Positions 1 to 9,935 of a stretch of 64,000 nucleotides of DNA are shown here, piece after piece; position 1 is the first letter of the stretch, and each line of letters opens with the position of its first letter. Where the stretch lies: contig CBDASK010000003.1 in NCBI GenBank assembly GCA_965199495.1, forward strand, positions 3,552,001 through 3,616,000, written 5' to 3'. The notes under the pieces were generated by a model. The model did no database searches and had not been told where the DNA came from. It worked only from the letters and a program-made list of their open reading frames with translations. This stretch comes from Abditibacterium sp. (GTDB lineage: Bacteria; Armatimonadota; Abditibacteriia; Abditibacteriales; Abditibacteriaceae). The position numbers and the translations under genes were made by a program.

Positions 1-2
1 CC

Positions 3-959
3 AACGAAGCGCGCGAAATTTCGCCTTTGATGAATCGTCTGCACGCTCTGGCCGATAGCGTTGACGTGCATCGCCGCGCTGGTGGCATCGCGATTTTCGC
101 CAATCCCAATTTTGGCCGCGTGATGTATCTGGCGACGCCTCTGGAAGAACGTATCGTGATTGACGATAACTTCGCCACGCGCGAAATCGTGCGCGCTTTG
201 CTGACTTCGCCGCGTTATCGCGTTTTGAGTTTGACCGAGGAATCGGCGCAACTTTACGAAGGGCGCCGCGACCGTTTGCACGCTGTCAAAAACGAACATT
301 TTCCGATGACGCGCGGCATCGAAGGCGTGCAAACCGAGTTGACCAGCACTTATGGCGTCGAAGTCAGCGAATTGCAAAAAGCCGAACAGCGCGATTTTGC
401 CGAACGTGTCAAACACGCTTTGAAGGAAGTTTCCGATCACGATCCGCTTCCGTTGGCTCTGGTTGGCGTCGAGCGCACTTTGGCTTCGTTCGATGCAGCC
501 ACGGCGGGCCAAGCCGACGAGAAATTTAATGTCATCGCGCGCATGCACGGCAATTACGAGAAAGTCGGTATCGCCGAACTCGAAAGCAAATTGTGGCCCC
601 TCGTCGAACCGGCGCTGCACGGCGCCCGCGAACGCGCCAAAGAACGTTTGGAAGAAGCTGTCGGCGTGGACAAAGCCGCTTTTGGCCTCGCCAAAGTTTG
701 GGAACACGCCAACACCGGGCGCATTGATACGCTTTTGGTCGAGCGCGATTATATGCAGAGCGCGCGCGTCATCGAAAGCGATATGCCCTTTGGCACGCTC
801 GAAACCTGCGACGATTGCGACAGCAAAGAGCCGAACGTTTTGGCCGATGCCGTGGACGAGATCGTCGAAATCGTGATGCGCAATAGCGGCGATGTCGTTT
901 TCGTGGACGCCAACGAACTGGAAGAACCCGGCCACATCGCCGCGATTTTGCGCTATTAG
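3..959 (+). CDS. baeRF3-like (bacterial archaeo-eukaryotic release factor family) protein, 5' partial
   Basis: Frame is open from the window start; RYRVLSLTEESAQLYEG segment, LVGVERT, and eRF1-like C-terminus GRIDTLLVE...GHIAAILRY. Confidence 0.7.
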   Translation, partial: NEAREISPLMNRLHALADSVDVHRRAGGIAIFANPNFGRVMYLATPLEERIVIDDNFATREIVRALLTSPRYRVLSLTEESAQLYEGRRDRLHAVKNEHFPMTRGIEGVQTELTSTYGVEVSELQKAEQRDFAERVKHALKEVSDHDPLPLALVGVERTLASFDAATAGQADEKFNVIARMHGNYEKVGIAELESKLWPLVEPALHGARERAKERLEEAVGVDKAAFGLAKVWEHANTGRIDTLLVERDYMQSARVIESDMPFGTLETCDDCDSKEPNVLADAVDEIVEIVMRNSGDVVFVDANELEEPGHIAAILRY

Positions 960-983
960 CTCACGTAACTCATGTAACAGGTT

Positions 984-1039
984 TTGCGCGGCAAGCCCCT
1001 AAATCACACAAAAATCGTAGGGGCTTGCCGCGCAAGCCT
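984..1039. repeat. GTAG-type REP pair (TAGGGGCTTGCCGCGCAA and its inverse)
   Basis: 984-1001 is the reverse complement of 1018-1035; the same unit recurs at 55284-55306. Confidence 0.75.
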
Positions 1040-1067
1040 TTCACTTCACAAAATAGGAGAGTCATCC

Positions 1068-1277
1068 ATGTCAGAACAAAACACCGAACAAACGCCACTC
1101 GAACAAAAACAGGAACAGCAGGAAAAATCCAGCCCACTCGATCAAGTCCGCGAGCGTCAGGAGGCAAACCAACAGGCGTTGCAAGCCAAAGAAACCGAGG
1201 CGCAAAATCATCGCCCGCCACCCGAACATGACCCGGCGGGCAACCGCAAGGAAAACCCGCAACGACAACTGGGTTAA
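1068..1277 (+). CDS. Small hydrophilic Q/E-rich hypothetical protein
   Basis: AGGAGA SD before ATG 1068; followed by a terminator. Confidence 0.65.
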   Translation: MSEQNTEQTPLEQKQEQQEKSSPLDQVRERQEANQQALQAKETEAQNHRPPPEHDPAGNRKENPQRQLG

Positions 1278-1283
1278 ATCCAG

Positions 1284-1323
1284 AAAAGAGCCAACGAAAT
1301 CAATCGTTGGCTCTTTTGTTTTT
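1284..1323 (+). terminator. Intrinsic (likely bidirectional) terminator
   Basis: AAAAGAGCCAACGA-loop-TCGTTGGCTCTTTT followed by a T-rich tail. Confidence 0.75.
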
Positions 1324-1353
1324 GTCGTCGCGGAAAATTACGCCAGCCATTGT

Positions 1354-1424
1354 AGCGGGGCTTGCGCACCCTTCCAAATCATTGGTCTCGCGAAGAACGA
1401 TTGGAAGGCTGCGCAAGCCCCGCT
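1354..1424. repeat. REP-like inverted pair AGCGGGGCTTGCGCA.CCTTCCAA
   Basis: 24-bp arms 1354-1377 and 1401-1424 with one mismatch; left arm begins in a GTAG context. Confidence 0.65.
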
Positions 1425-1440
1425 GTCAAACACTTTATCC

Positions 1441-4407
1441 TCATAACTCGTCGCGCACGCGCTCGAATATGCGTCGCACGTTGCTCGTATGTTGCAGCCA
1501 CGCCGCCTCGAAGCGGGTTTTGGCTTCGTCAATTGGCACGCCAGGGAACGTCGCGCGCGCCCAAATCGTGAAGTCGGGCGATTCGCGTTTGATGGCCGAG
1601 GCGCCGCCTTCGCGCGCGATTTGTAGTCGTAGTTCGGCGCGGCGCAGCCAAATATAAGCCAGTTCCAATTGCTCAAATTCTGCGGGCGAAATCAGTTCGG
1701 CCTCGCGTGCCGCTTCGAGTTGGCGCATCGTGCCCGGCGTTTGCAAACTCAAAAAACGCGCGCCCCAACGCATCGCCAGCCACTGCGCGCTCCACTCGAT
1801 GTCGCGCAACGCGCCTCGCCCCAATTTGACATCGAAACTCACGCCGCCGCGCGCGTTCAGGGGCGCGAAATCGCCGCCCAATTCGTGTTCGATGCGGCTT
1901 TTCATGTGGCGCAGATCGTCGCTCCACTGGGGATTCCATGCGTCGGGAAACGCGACGTTGCGAATGAGCGCCATCGCGCGCGCGCCGACGCGCACATCGC
2001 CCGCCACGATGCGCGCCCGCAGCAACGCCTGGCGCTCCCAAGTCGCGAAACCCGAGCGCTGCGGGTTCTCGAAATACTCGCGCATCGCATCGGGCGAACT
2101 GGCGAGCGGCCCGCTCGCGCCGTGTGGGCGCAAGCGCGCGTCCACTTCCCAGCCCGCGCCGTCCGACGTGCGCTGACCCATAAATCGCATGATGCCCTCG
2201 GCCCAGCGCGCCGCCGTGGCTGCATTGGCGCCATCGTTTTTGCCGCCGGGCGCCTGATACACAAACAGCGCGTCGCAGTCCGATGCGTAGTGCATTTCGA
2301 CGCCGCCCAGTTTGCCCATGCCCAGAACCGCGAACTCGATATTGTAGGAATCGGGCCGCAGCGTTTGTCCAATTTCGTCGGTCGCGAGTTCCAGACAAGC
2401 GCCCGCCAAAAAGGTAATTTCGTCGGTGATTTCGAGCGGCGAAATATCCAAAACTAAATCGCGAAGTCCGATGCGCAGAAACTCGCGCGCGCGCCAACGC
2501 CGCAAAGCTCCGGCGCGGTCGCGAAACGCCAGACAATACGAACGGCAATGGGCGCGCGCGCCGTCGCGACTGCGCGGGTTTTTTAAGAGTTCGCGATTGG
2601 CCGTCAAATCTAACAATTCGGGAAAGCGCACCAAGGTTTCGGCCAGAAATTGCGAGCCGCCCAAAATCGTCCAAATCGCATCGGACAAACGCGGCGTGCC
2701 GTCCAAAGCGCGCAATAGCGACAGCCGGTTGCCCGATGCCTCGCACAAATTCTCGAACGCAACCAGCGCTTTTTCGGGATTGGCCGCGCGATCCAGACCG
2801 CGCAAAGCGCCCGGCAAAACCGCGCGAATCTGACGCGACAACGGCGCCGGAAGCGGGTTGTTCGCGGTGCCGCCCGCCAATCGTTCGATGCGCGCTCTGG
2901 CGTTTTGGTCTTCCAAAACCAAGGGCGGCAAGCGCGCGTCCCAATCGGCGCTATCGGCGGAAAACGCCCAGAACAAACGTTCGCACAAGGCCCGGATTTC
3001 GGTTCGCACGCGCGTGTTTTCTTCGTCGAGCCAGCGCGCCGCACTCGCCCCGCGCCACGCGCAACCCAAGCGCCGCGCCAGCGCCGCTTTTTCGTCGGGC
3101 TTGTCGGGCAACTGGCGCACGGCCTGTTCTTTCCACAACTGCAAACGATGCTCGGCTACGCGCAGCCACAAATAACCCGCGCGCAACTGGCGCGCTTCTT
3201 CGGGCGCCAAAACGTTGATTGCGTCCAAAACTTCGATGGCGCCGAGGGTATCAGCCACGCGCGCCGGAGAATGCGTTGGGCCGACCATCATCTGCAATTG
3301 CTGCACGATCCATTCGGCGTCGCGAATGCCGCCCGGCCCGCTTTTCAAATCGCGTTCATCGCTGCCCGCGCGCGTCTTTTCGCTGCGCCGTTTCATTTCC
3401 CAGACTTCGCGCAAATGCGCGTCGTCGGCGCGGCGCGCCCACGCGACCGAACGCGTAAATTTGCGAAAACGCCGCGCTAACTTCCAATCGCCCGCAATCG
3501 CGCGCGTCTTAATCAGCGCTTGCCATTCCCACGCGGCGGCATAAGATTCATAATAGGAAAGCGCGTAACCCAACGGCGAAACCAGCGGGCCTTTGCTGCC
3601 TTCGGGCCGCAAGCGCAAATCGGCGCGCCACAATTGCCCGGACGCCGTGATTTGGCTTAGCGCACGCAACAACCGTTCGCCAATTTGCGCGGCATCTGGG
3701 CGATTTTCGCTGATGAAAATCAAGTCAATATCGCTCGAATAATTCAGTTCGCGCGCGCCGCCTTTGCCCATTAGCAGCACGCAAAATCCGGCGCAATTGT
3801 CGTCGCTCACCAAATTCAGAACGCGTTCGACGATGATTTGCGCCAAGTCGGAAATCTGGCGCACGACCAGATTAAAATCGGTTTCGTTGCGCCAAGTTTG
3901 GCGTTCCAAATCGAGCAGCCCGATGCGCAAAAACTGGCTTTTACGAAAGCGGCGCAGTTCGTCCAGATCGGCGCAATCGTTGGCCAAGGCGCGCAACTCG
4001 CCGCGACTCAACGAGTAGCCACCGGCAAAGACTTCGTCCAGATTATCGGCGCTGCCAATGACGGCATCGGCGAGGGCTTGCGACCAACTCAGCAGTTCCA
4101 TCAAGCGCGCGTGCGCCGCCGTATGCGTTTCCAAACGCGCGAAAAACGCGGCGCGCTTGGGCACGCGGTCGCACAAATTGGTGAGGTTGAGTAAGGCGCG
4201 TTCGGGATCGGCGGAGCGGCTCAAGTTTTCCAATAATTCATCGAAAATTGGCGCGAGCGCGCTTTGGTCGGCGTCGGTTTTCGCCAAGCTGCGCAACAAC
4301 CGTTCGGCGCGCGGCGCATCGGCAAAACCGAAGGCGTGGAGCGTGAAATGAAACGTGGCGGCGTCGAAATCGGTGGCGAAGAGTTGGGCGGCGAGGGACA
4401 CGGACAA
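1441..4407 (-). CDS. glnE: Bifunctional glutamine synthetase adenylyltransferase/adenylyl-removing enzyme
   Basis: Two nucleotidyltransferase modules (MGKGGARELNYSSDIDL / MGKLGGVEMHYASDCD), DLRLRPEG, LKSGPGGIRD. Confidence 0.92.
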   Translation of the reverse strand: MSVSLAAQLFATDFDAATFHFTLHAFGFADAPRAERLLRSLAKTDADQSALAPIFDELLENLSRSADPERALLNLTNLCDRVPKRAAFFARLETHTAAHARLMELLSWSQALADAVIGSADNLDEVFAGGYSLSRGELRALANDCADLDELRRFRKSQFLRIGLLDLERQTWRNETDFNLVVRQISDLAQIIVERVLNLVSDDNCAGFCVLLMGKGGARELNYSSDIDLIFISENRPDAAQIGERLLRALSQITASGQLWRADLRLRPEGSKGPLVSPLGYALSYYESYAAAWEWQALIKTRAIAGDWKLARRFRKFTRSVAWARRADDAHLREVWEMKRRSEKTRAGSDERDLKSGPGGIRDAEWIVQQLQMMVGPTHSPARVADTLGAIEVLDAINVLAPEEARQLRAGYLWLRVAEHRLQLWKEQAVRQLPDKPDEKAALARRLGCAWRGASAARWLDEENTRVRTEIRALCERLFWAFSADSADWDARLPPLVLEDQNARARIERLAGGTANNPLPAPLSRQIRAVLPGALRGLDRAANPEKALVAFENLCEASGNRLSLLRALDGTPRLSDAIWTILGGSQFLAETLVRFPELLDLTANRELLKNPRSRDGARAHCRSYCLAFRDRAGALRRWRAREFLRIGLRDLVLDISPLEITDEITFLAGACLELATDEIGQTLRPDSYNIEFAVLGMGKLGGVEMHYASDCDALFVYQAPGGKNDGANAATAARWAEGIMRFMGQRTSDGAGWEVDARLRPHGASGPLASSPDAMREYFENPQRSGFATWERQALLRARIVAGDVRVGARAMALIRNVAFPDAWNPQWSDDLRHMKSRIEHELGGDFAPLNARGGVSFDVKLGRGALRDIEWSAQWLAMRWGARFLSLQTPGTMRQLEAAREAELISPAEFEQLELAYIWLRRAELRLQIAREGGASAIKRESPDFTIWARATFPGVPIDEAKTRFEAAWLQHTSNVRRIFERVRDEL

Positions 4408-4441
4408 AGTTTAATCGCCTTCTGGCGTTTTCACGCGGCAT

Positions 4442-4894
4442 TTATTTGGGTTCGCTCGGTGGCATGAACGCGGCTTTATATTCTGGAGTTGCCAGTCCGA
4501 GCAAGGTCGCAACGCCGCCGCCGATACCCGCTGTAATCGAATAGCAGACCAGCAATCCAAACGCGAGCAAAAGTGGGCGCAGCGATTTTTTGCCGCGCGT
4601 TTTGAAGAGGTAAAACGGCACCGCTAACAGCGAAAATAAAACGAAGAAAAAAAACCAGCCCTGCGTCAGTTTAAAGCGATGCTGCGCGGCATCGAGCGTG
4701 ACCCAGCGCACGACGAAAATCGTGTTGCACAGCCCAAAGCCCAATTGATAGAGCGGATAGTAACTCGACTTGTCGGGGATCATCGCGCCAAATCAACCGG
4801 CGACGAAGAACATCGCCAGCAAAATCCATAACGTCTGGCGCTTTTCGATTTTGCGGTCGGGGGCCGTTTGAGGCGCGTGAGGTTCTTGATTCAT
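4442..4894 (-). pseudogene. Membrane protein with in-frame TGA at 4793-4795 (alternatively a shorter CDS 4442-4783)
   Basis: MNQEPHAPQ...TLWILLAMFFVAG*FGAMIPDKSS...; the stop interrupts a hydrophobic helix. Confidence 0.5.
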
Positions 4895-5005
4895 TTTTCG
4901 ATTTTCGACTTGACGTTGAAGTTTAGTTTGACACGCGCTGGCGTCCCGTCAAATTTTGCGTTGCCTGAGACGCTCGTTCTCGTCTGCAAATATCGAAATT
5001 TCCCG

Positions 5006-5230
5006 ATGCTACGCCAACTTTTGCAGGCTTTGCGCTTGTCCATTGCCGATTTTTTCGATGTGCCGTGGCCCGCCGTGGCTGCAATGCTCGCCATGATCGT
5101 TTTGCTGTGCGCCTACGCTTACCTGCGCACGAATTATTTCGCGCTTTCGTATGGCGTGCCGGGCAAATTGTTATGGTTGGGCGTTTTTATCGCGCTGGGC
5201 GTTGCGGGCAATCATCTGAGACGCCGCTAA
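5006..5230 (+). CDS. Small two-TM membrane protein
   Basis: MLRQLLQALRLS... with two hydrophobic segments; ends 6 nt before iscS. Confidence 0.55.
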   Translation: MLRQLLQALRLSIADFFDVPWPAVAAMLAMIVLLCAYAYLRTNYFALSYGVPGKLLWLGVFIALGVAGNHLRRR

Positions 5231-5236
5231 AAACTA

Positions 5237-6379
5237 ATGAATCGCACGCAAATTTATTTCGATAACGCCGCCACGACGCCGCTTTTGCCTGCGGTCAAAG
5301 CCGCGATGGAACCGTTTTGGAACGAGACTTATGGCAACGCTTCCAGCCCCTACGCCACGTCGCGCGTGGCGCGCATGGCTTTGGACGGCGCGCGAACGCA
5401 GGTCGCCAAACTCATCGGCGCGCACGCCGACGAGATCGCGTGGACGGGCGGCGGCACCGAATCCGACAACTGGGCGCTACTCGGCGTGGCCTTCGCCAAT
5501 CTGGAAAAACGCGGGCATTTCATCGTCTCGCAAATCGAACATCACGCGGTTTTAGAACCCGCACAAACGCTGCGCGAATTGGGTTTTGAAGTGGATTTCG
5601 CGCGTCCCAATTCCAACGGCGTTGTCGAACCGGACGAAATCGCGCGTCTGCTGCGCCCCGACACGCTTTTAGTCAGCGTGATGAGTTTGAACAACGAAAC
5701 CGGCGTATTGCAGCCGGTCGCGCCCATCGCCAAATTGTGCCGCGCGCGCGGCGTGTTGTTTCACACCGACGCCACGCAAAGCGCGGGCAAAGAACCGCTC
5801 GATGTGGATTTCGCGCTCGAAAACGGAATGGATGGCGGCGCGGATTTGCTGACGTTATCGGCGCACAAAATCGGCGGGCCAAAAGGCGTCGGCGCGCTCT
5901 ACATCCGGCGCGGCACACGGATGAAACCGCTACTTCGCGGCGGTGCGCAAGAACGCGGACGGCGCGCGGGAACCGAAAATGTGCCCGGCATCGCGGGACT
6001 GGGCGCAGCAGCCACGGCGGCGCGCGAAGGTTTGGTGGCGAATTCTGCGCATTTGGAAAAATTGCGCGCGCGCTTTGAAAGTGACTTGCACGAAATCGGC
6101 GCGCAAATCATCGCCGAACGCGCGCCGCGCGGGCCGCATATCAGCGCGTTTATTATCGAAAATAAGCGCGCCGAATCGCTGGCGTTGACGCTCGATTTGC
6201 GCGGGATCGCGGTGGGAACTGGCAGCGCGTGCGCATCGGGCGCGCTCGAACCGTCGCACGTTCTGGGCGCGATGGGATTTGATGCGAAATCGGCGAAATC
6301 GGCGTTGCGGGTTTCGTTCGGCGCGCAAAATACGATGGCGGAAGTGGACGAAGTGTTGAGCGTTTTGAGCGAAAAATAG
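5237..6379 (+). CDS. iscS: Cysteine desulfurase (IscS/NifS family)
   Basis: YFDNAATT, GGTESDN, SAHKIGGPKG (PLP lysine), GSACASG; adjacent to mnmA. Confidence 0.92.
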   Translation: MNRTQIYFDNAATTPLLPAVKAAMEPFWNETYGNASSPYATSRVARMALDGARTQVAKLIGAHADEIAWTGGGTESDNWALLGVAFANLEKRGHFIVSQIEHHAVLEPAQTLRELGFEVDFARPNSNGVVEPDEIARLLRPDTLLVSVMSLNNETGVLQPVAPIAKLCRARGVLFHTDATQSAGKEPLDVDFALENGMDGGADLLTLSAHKIGGPKGVGALYIRRGTRMKPLLRGGAQERGRRAGTENVPGIAGLGAAATAAREGLVANSAHLEKLRARFESDLHEIGAQIIAERAPRGPHISAFIIENKRAESLALTLDLRGIAVGTGSACASGALEPSHVLGAMGFDAKSAKSALRVSFGAQNTMAEVDEVLSVLSEK

Positions 6380-6521
6380 CCACAGAAGACACGGAGAACG
6401 CACAGAGGGGCACAGAGAAAACGAAGAAACTAAACACACGAAGGACAGTTCGAGCGAACGAGTTTTAATTTCTTCGTTTTCTCTGTGCCCCTCTGTGCGT
6501 TCTCCGTGTCTTCTGTGGCTA
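6377..6521. repeat. Long palindromic element, 9-nt-periodic family (TAGCCACAGAAGACAC...)
   Basis: 53-bp perfect arms 6377-6429 and 6469-6521; homolog at 34188-34342; its first TAG is the iscS stop. Confidence 0.85.
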
Positions 6522-6574
6522 AAAATCCCAAACTGCAACGTGTGCGATAGTTTTTCGTCTGTGTTCGGTTGAAA

Positions 6575-7648
6575 ATGAACAATCGAGTTTTAATGGCGAT
6601 GAGTGGCGGCGTCGATTCGAGCGTGGCGGCGGCGCTTTTGGTCGAGCAGGGTTATGAAGTGATCGGCGTCACCATGAAGTTGTGGGCGGGCGAAGATGAC
6701 CCGTTTGCGGCGCATCGCTTCGGCGGTTGCTGCACCGTCGGCTCGTCCGAAGATGCGCGGCGCGTGGCGCACCAACTCGATATTCCGTATTACGTTTTGA
6801 ATTTGCAGGACGAATTCAATGAGCGCGTGGTGGATAATTTCGTGAGCGAATATGCGGCGGGCCGCACGCCCAATCCGTGCGCGCGTTGCAACGAGTTCAT
6901 CAAGTTTCGCGCGTTCATCGAACGCGCCGACGAGTTGGATTGCGGGTTTATCGCCACCGGACACTACGCGCGCTTGGAACGCGACGAAGATGGCACGGCG
7001 CACCTGCGACGTGGCTTGGATGTTCGTAAAGATCAATCTTACGTTTTGGGAATGCTCACGCAAACCGAATTGCAGCGCGTTTTGTTGCCGATTGGTTCGA
7101 TGGAAAAGCCAATTGTGCGCGAGCGGGCGGGCGAATTGGGCATGGGCGTGGCGAACAAGCCCGATTCGCAGGAAATTTGTTTCGTTGAAGATGGCGATTA
7201 CGCCAAATTCGTGATTAACCGCGCGCCGCAAATGGCGGCGCCCGGCCCTATTTTGAATAGCGACGGCGAAAAGTTGGGCGAACATCGCGGGTTGGCGCAT
7301 TACACGGTCGGGCAGCGCAAAGGTCTGGGTATTGCGGCGGCCAATCCTTTGTTCGTCAATCGCATTGATGTCGAAAATAATGCGGTTATCGTCGGGCCGC
7401 GCGCATCGCTGGCGCACGAGGGTTTGAGTTGCGACAACGCGACATGGACGCAAACAGTAGCCACGGCGGGCGCGAAGTTGGAAGCGCAGACGCGCGCGCA
7501 TGGAATTTCGTATACGGGCACACTTCTAAGCGCTGACGAAAACGATTTCGCGCTCCGATTCGACGAGCCAAGCGGCGGCGTGACGCCCGGCCAATTGTGC
7601 GTTTTGTATGACGGCGACGAAGTCGTCGGCGCGGGCACGATCAGGTAG
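6575..7648 (+). CDS. mnmA: tRNA 2-thiouridine(34) synthase
   Basis: MSGGVDSSV, TPNPCARCN, ATGHY, KDQSY, DSQEICF, TPGQ. Confidence 0.96.
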   Translation: MNNRVLMAMSGGVDSSVAAALLVEQGYEVIGVTMKLWAGEDDPFAAHRFGGCCTVGSSEDARRVAHQLDIPYYVLNLQDEFNERVVDNFVSEYAAGRTPNPCARCNEFIKFRAFIERADELDCGFIATGHYARLERDEDGTAHLRRGLDVRKDQSYVLGMLTQTELQRVLLPIGSMEKPIVRERAGELGMGVANKPDSQEICFVEDGDYAKFVINRAPQMAAPGPILNSDGEKLGEHRGLAHYTVGQRKGLGIAAANPLFVNRIDVENNAVIVGPRASLAHEGLSCDNATWTQTVATAGAKLEAQTRAHGISYTGTLLSADENDFALRFDEPSGGVTPGQLCVLYDGDEVVGAGTIR

Positions 7649-7764
7649 GTGACAAGTAACAGGTAACAAGTGGCAAGGGAAGAGGTTAAAGTGAGTTCGA
7701 TAGCGCCAACTTGCCGCCACTTGTTACCTACCACTTGCTACTTGTCACCTGTTACTTGCCACCT
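7643..7764. repeat. Heptamer tandem-repeat inverted element (RGTRRCA units)
   Basis: GGTGACA AGTAACA GGTAACA AGTGGCA, then inverse units CCACTTG TTACCTA CCACTTG CTACTTG TCACCTG TTACTTG. Confidence 0.7.
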
Positions 7765-7769
7765 TTAAA

Positions 7770-8840
7770 ATGAAATCCAGACAACAAGCGATTCTTGCGG
7801 CGGTGATCGAAAAATACGTCGCGACCGCCGAGCCGGTTGGGTCGGGCGCGATTGCCTCCGATGCGGCTTTGCTCGCCCAATTTGGTGCGCTTTCGCCCGC
7901 GACGGTGCGTAGCGAACTGGCTTTTCTCGAAGGCGAAGGTTTGCTCAAGCAGCCGCACACTTCGGCGGGCCGCGTGCCAACCGACGCCGGTTATCGGTTT
8001 TATGTGAGCGAGATGATTCGTCCGCGCCGCATTTCGCGCGCCGAGCAGACGCAACTCGAAGTTGTCGCTCCGCCCGCCGCCTCGGTCGAAGACGCGATGC
8101 AAGAAGCGATGATCGTGCTGGCGAAATTGACGGGCTATCCCGCCGTGGCTTCTCTGCCGTCGGGCGTGCGCGATAACGTGCGTATGCTGCAACTCAGTCC
8201 GCTTCCGCCGCGCCGTTTGGTGCTGGTTTTGGTGACGCAGGCCGGACGATTGGAACATCGCGTCTTTGAAATTGACGACGATGTGGCGCCACAAACTTTG
8301 CACACGGTTGTTCAGTTCCTCAACGAAAACATCGGTGGACAATCTCTGGCGGGGGCGCGCAGTCTGGACTTCGAGAACGTTGCGGGCGGTCTGCACGAGG
8401 CCGCAACGATTAATCTGGCGCGGCGCGCGTGGGAAATGGTGCGCGATTCGGTGTCGGATATCGCCGACGAAAAAATCGTGGTGCAAGGTTTGATTACCTT
8501 GCTCGATGAACCCGAATTTGCCGAGATTAGTCAGGCGCGCGCCGCGATGCGCTTGCTCGATGGCGGCGCAAGTTTGGGCGAACTGTTGCGTAGCGCGCAG
8601 CAAATCGCGCCCGATTCACCCGCCGCCAATGGCGTGAAAATTGGTGCAGAAATGAGCGATTTGCCCCTCGATTATGCGGGCGCGCGCGTCTTATCGTTCG
8701 TCGGAGTTTCGTATGGCGTTGCGGGCGAAACAGTGGGCGCGTTGGGCGTTTTAGGCCCGGCTCGCATGCGATATGGCGACGTTTTGACGATTGTGCCCGC
8801 GTTGGCCGCGCGTCTGCAACTCACGCTCGAATCGTTTTGA
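7770..8840 (+). CDS. hrcA: Heat-inducible transcription repressor
   Basis: EPVGS, SPATVRSE, QPHTSAGRVPTDAGYRFYV, GVLGPARMRY. Confidence 0.95.
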   Translation: MKSRQQAILAAVIEKYVATAEPVGSGAIASDAALLAQFGALSPATVRSELAFLEGEGLLKQPHTSAGRVPTDAGYRFYVSEMIRPRRISRAEQTQLEVVAPPAASVEDAMQEAMIVLAKLTGYPAVASLPSGVRDNVRMLQLSPLPPRRLVLVLVTQAGRLEHRVFEIDDDVAPQTLHTVVQFLNENIGGQSLAGARSLDFENVAGGLHEAATINLARRAWEMVRDSVSDIADEKIVVQGLITLLDEPEFAEISQARAAMRLLDGGASLGELLRSAQQIAPDSPAANGVKIGAEMSDLPLDYAGARVLSFVGVSYGVAGETVGALGVLGPARMRYGDVLTIVPALAARLQLTLESF

Positions 8841-8933
8841 ACGTTTGCTCAGCGAATTCATGCGCTTGCCCAAACCGCAACTCCCAACATTTGCCGTTCT
8901 GACAAACTTAACTCTGACAAAAGGTGTAATCCA

Positions 8934-9467
8934 TTGAACCATTCCGAAGAAACTTTAGATCCCGAAATCGCGCCCGAAGCGCAAGTCCACGCGGGCAGCG
9001 CGGGCGAAACCGATGTGCCCGACGCGCAAACCGAAGATTTGGCGCAACAACTCGCCGATTCGCAGGAAAAATTGGCGTATTTAGCCGCCGAACTCGAAAA
9101 TTACAAGCGCCAAACCGCGCGCCGCATGGACGAAGAGCGTGACCGCACCGCGCGCCGCACCTTCGAGCAACTCTTGCCCGCGCTCGATACGTTCGGCATG
9201 GCGATGCAATACGCCGATCAGGCCAAAGATGTCGCGACGCTGAGAACTGGCCTCGATTTCGTTGATCAACAAATGGCGACAGCTTTGCAAAATGCCGGAA
9301 TCGAAGCGATTCCCGCTGTCGGCGAAACGTTCGATCCGCAAAAGCATGAGGCCATCGAAGAAGTCGAATCGGACTTGGCAAGCGGCGTCGTCGCGCAGGA
9401 AGCGCAGCGCGGTTATATGTATAAAGGCAGCGTTTTGCGTCCGGCGCGCGTGAAAGTAGCGAAATAA
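8934..9467 (+). CDS. grpE: Nucleotide exchange factor GrpE
   Basis: AELENYKR, FDPQKHEA, GYMYKGSVLRPARVKV; TTG start with AAGGTG SD. Confidence 0.95.
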   Translation: MNHSEETLDPEIAPEAQVHAGSAGETDVPDAQTEDLAQQLADSQEKLAYLAAELENYKRQTARRMDEERDRTARRTFEQLLPALDTFGMAMQYADQAKDVATLRTGLDFVDQQMATALQNAGIEAIPAVGETFDPQKHEAIEEVESDLASGVVAQEAQRGYMYKGSVLRPARVKVAK

Positions 9468-9934
9468 TGCACCCATTTCAAATAACCGCGCGCCAGATGC
9501 GTTGGGCCGCCAACAGTATCGCGCTCAATCTCGATTATATTCCCGACGACAAACTCCGTTGGAAACCAGCAGCCACGGCGCCGAGCGCTCTGGAAATCGT
9601 GGATCATTTACTTCAAGTTTTGCAGCGCATGACGCCGCTCGTTGGCGGTTTTGAAAGCTCCGAAGAATCACCGCAGCCGGTGCAAAACCGCGAGGATGCC
9701 AAGGCGCGTTTGGTTGAAGCGGGCGAAAAATATCGCGCGATGTTGCTCGAATTAACGCCACAACAATTGGACGAAACCGTCGAAATCCGCGCCGGGAATA
9801 TGCCGCGCCGTGTTGTGGCGTTGATGCCGGTGAACGACATCGTGCATCACAATGGGCAAATTGCTTATATTCAAATGCTGCTTGGCGATGAAGAAACGCA
9901 TCGTGACTTATCGGCGTTAATAGACGACAACTGA
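9467..9934 (+). CDS. DinB-family protein
   Basis: WKP...SALEIVDHL and IVHHNGQIAYI His motifs; TAATG overlap with grpE. Confidence 0.8.
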   Translation: MHPFQITARQMRWAANSIALNLDYIPDDKLRWKPAATAPSALEIVDHLLQVLQRMTPLVGGFESSEESPQPVQNREDAKARLVEAGEKYRAMLLELTPQQLDETVEIRAGNMPRRVVALMPVNDIVHHNGQIAYIQMLLGDEETHRDLSALIDDN

Positions 9935-9935
9935 A

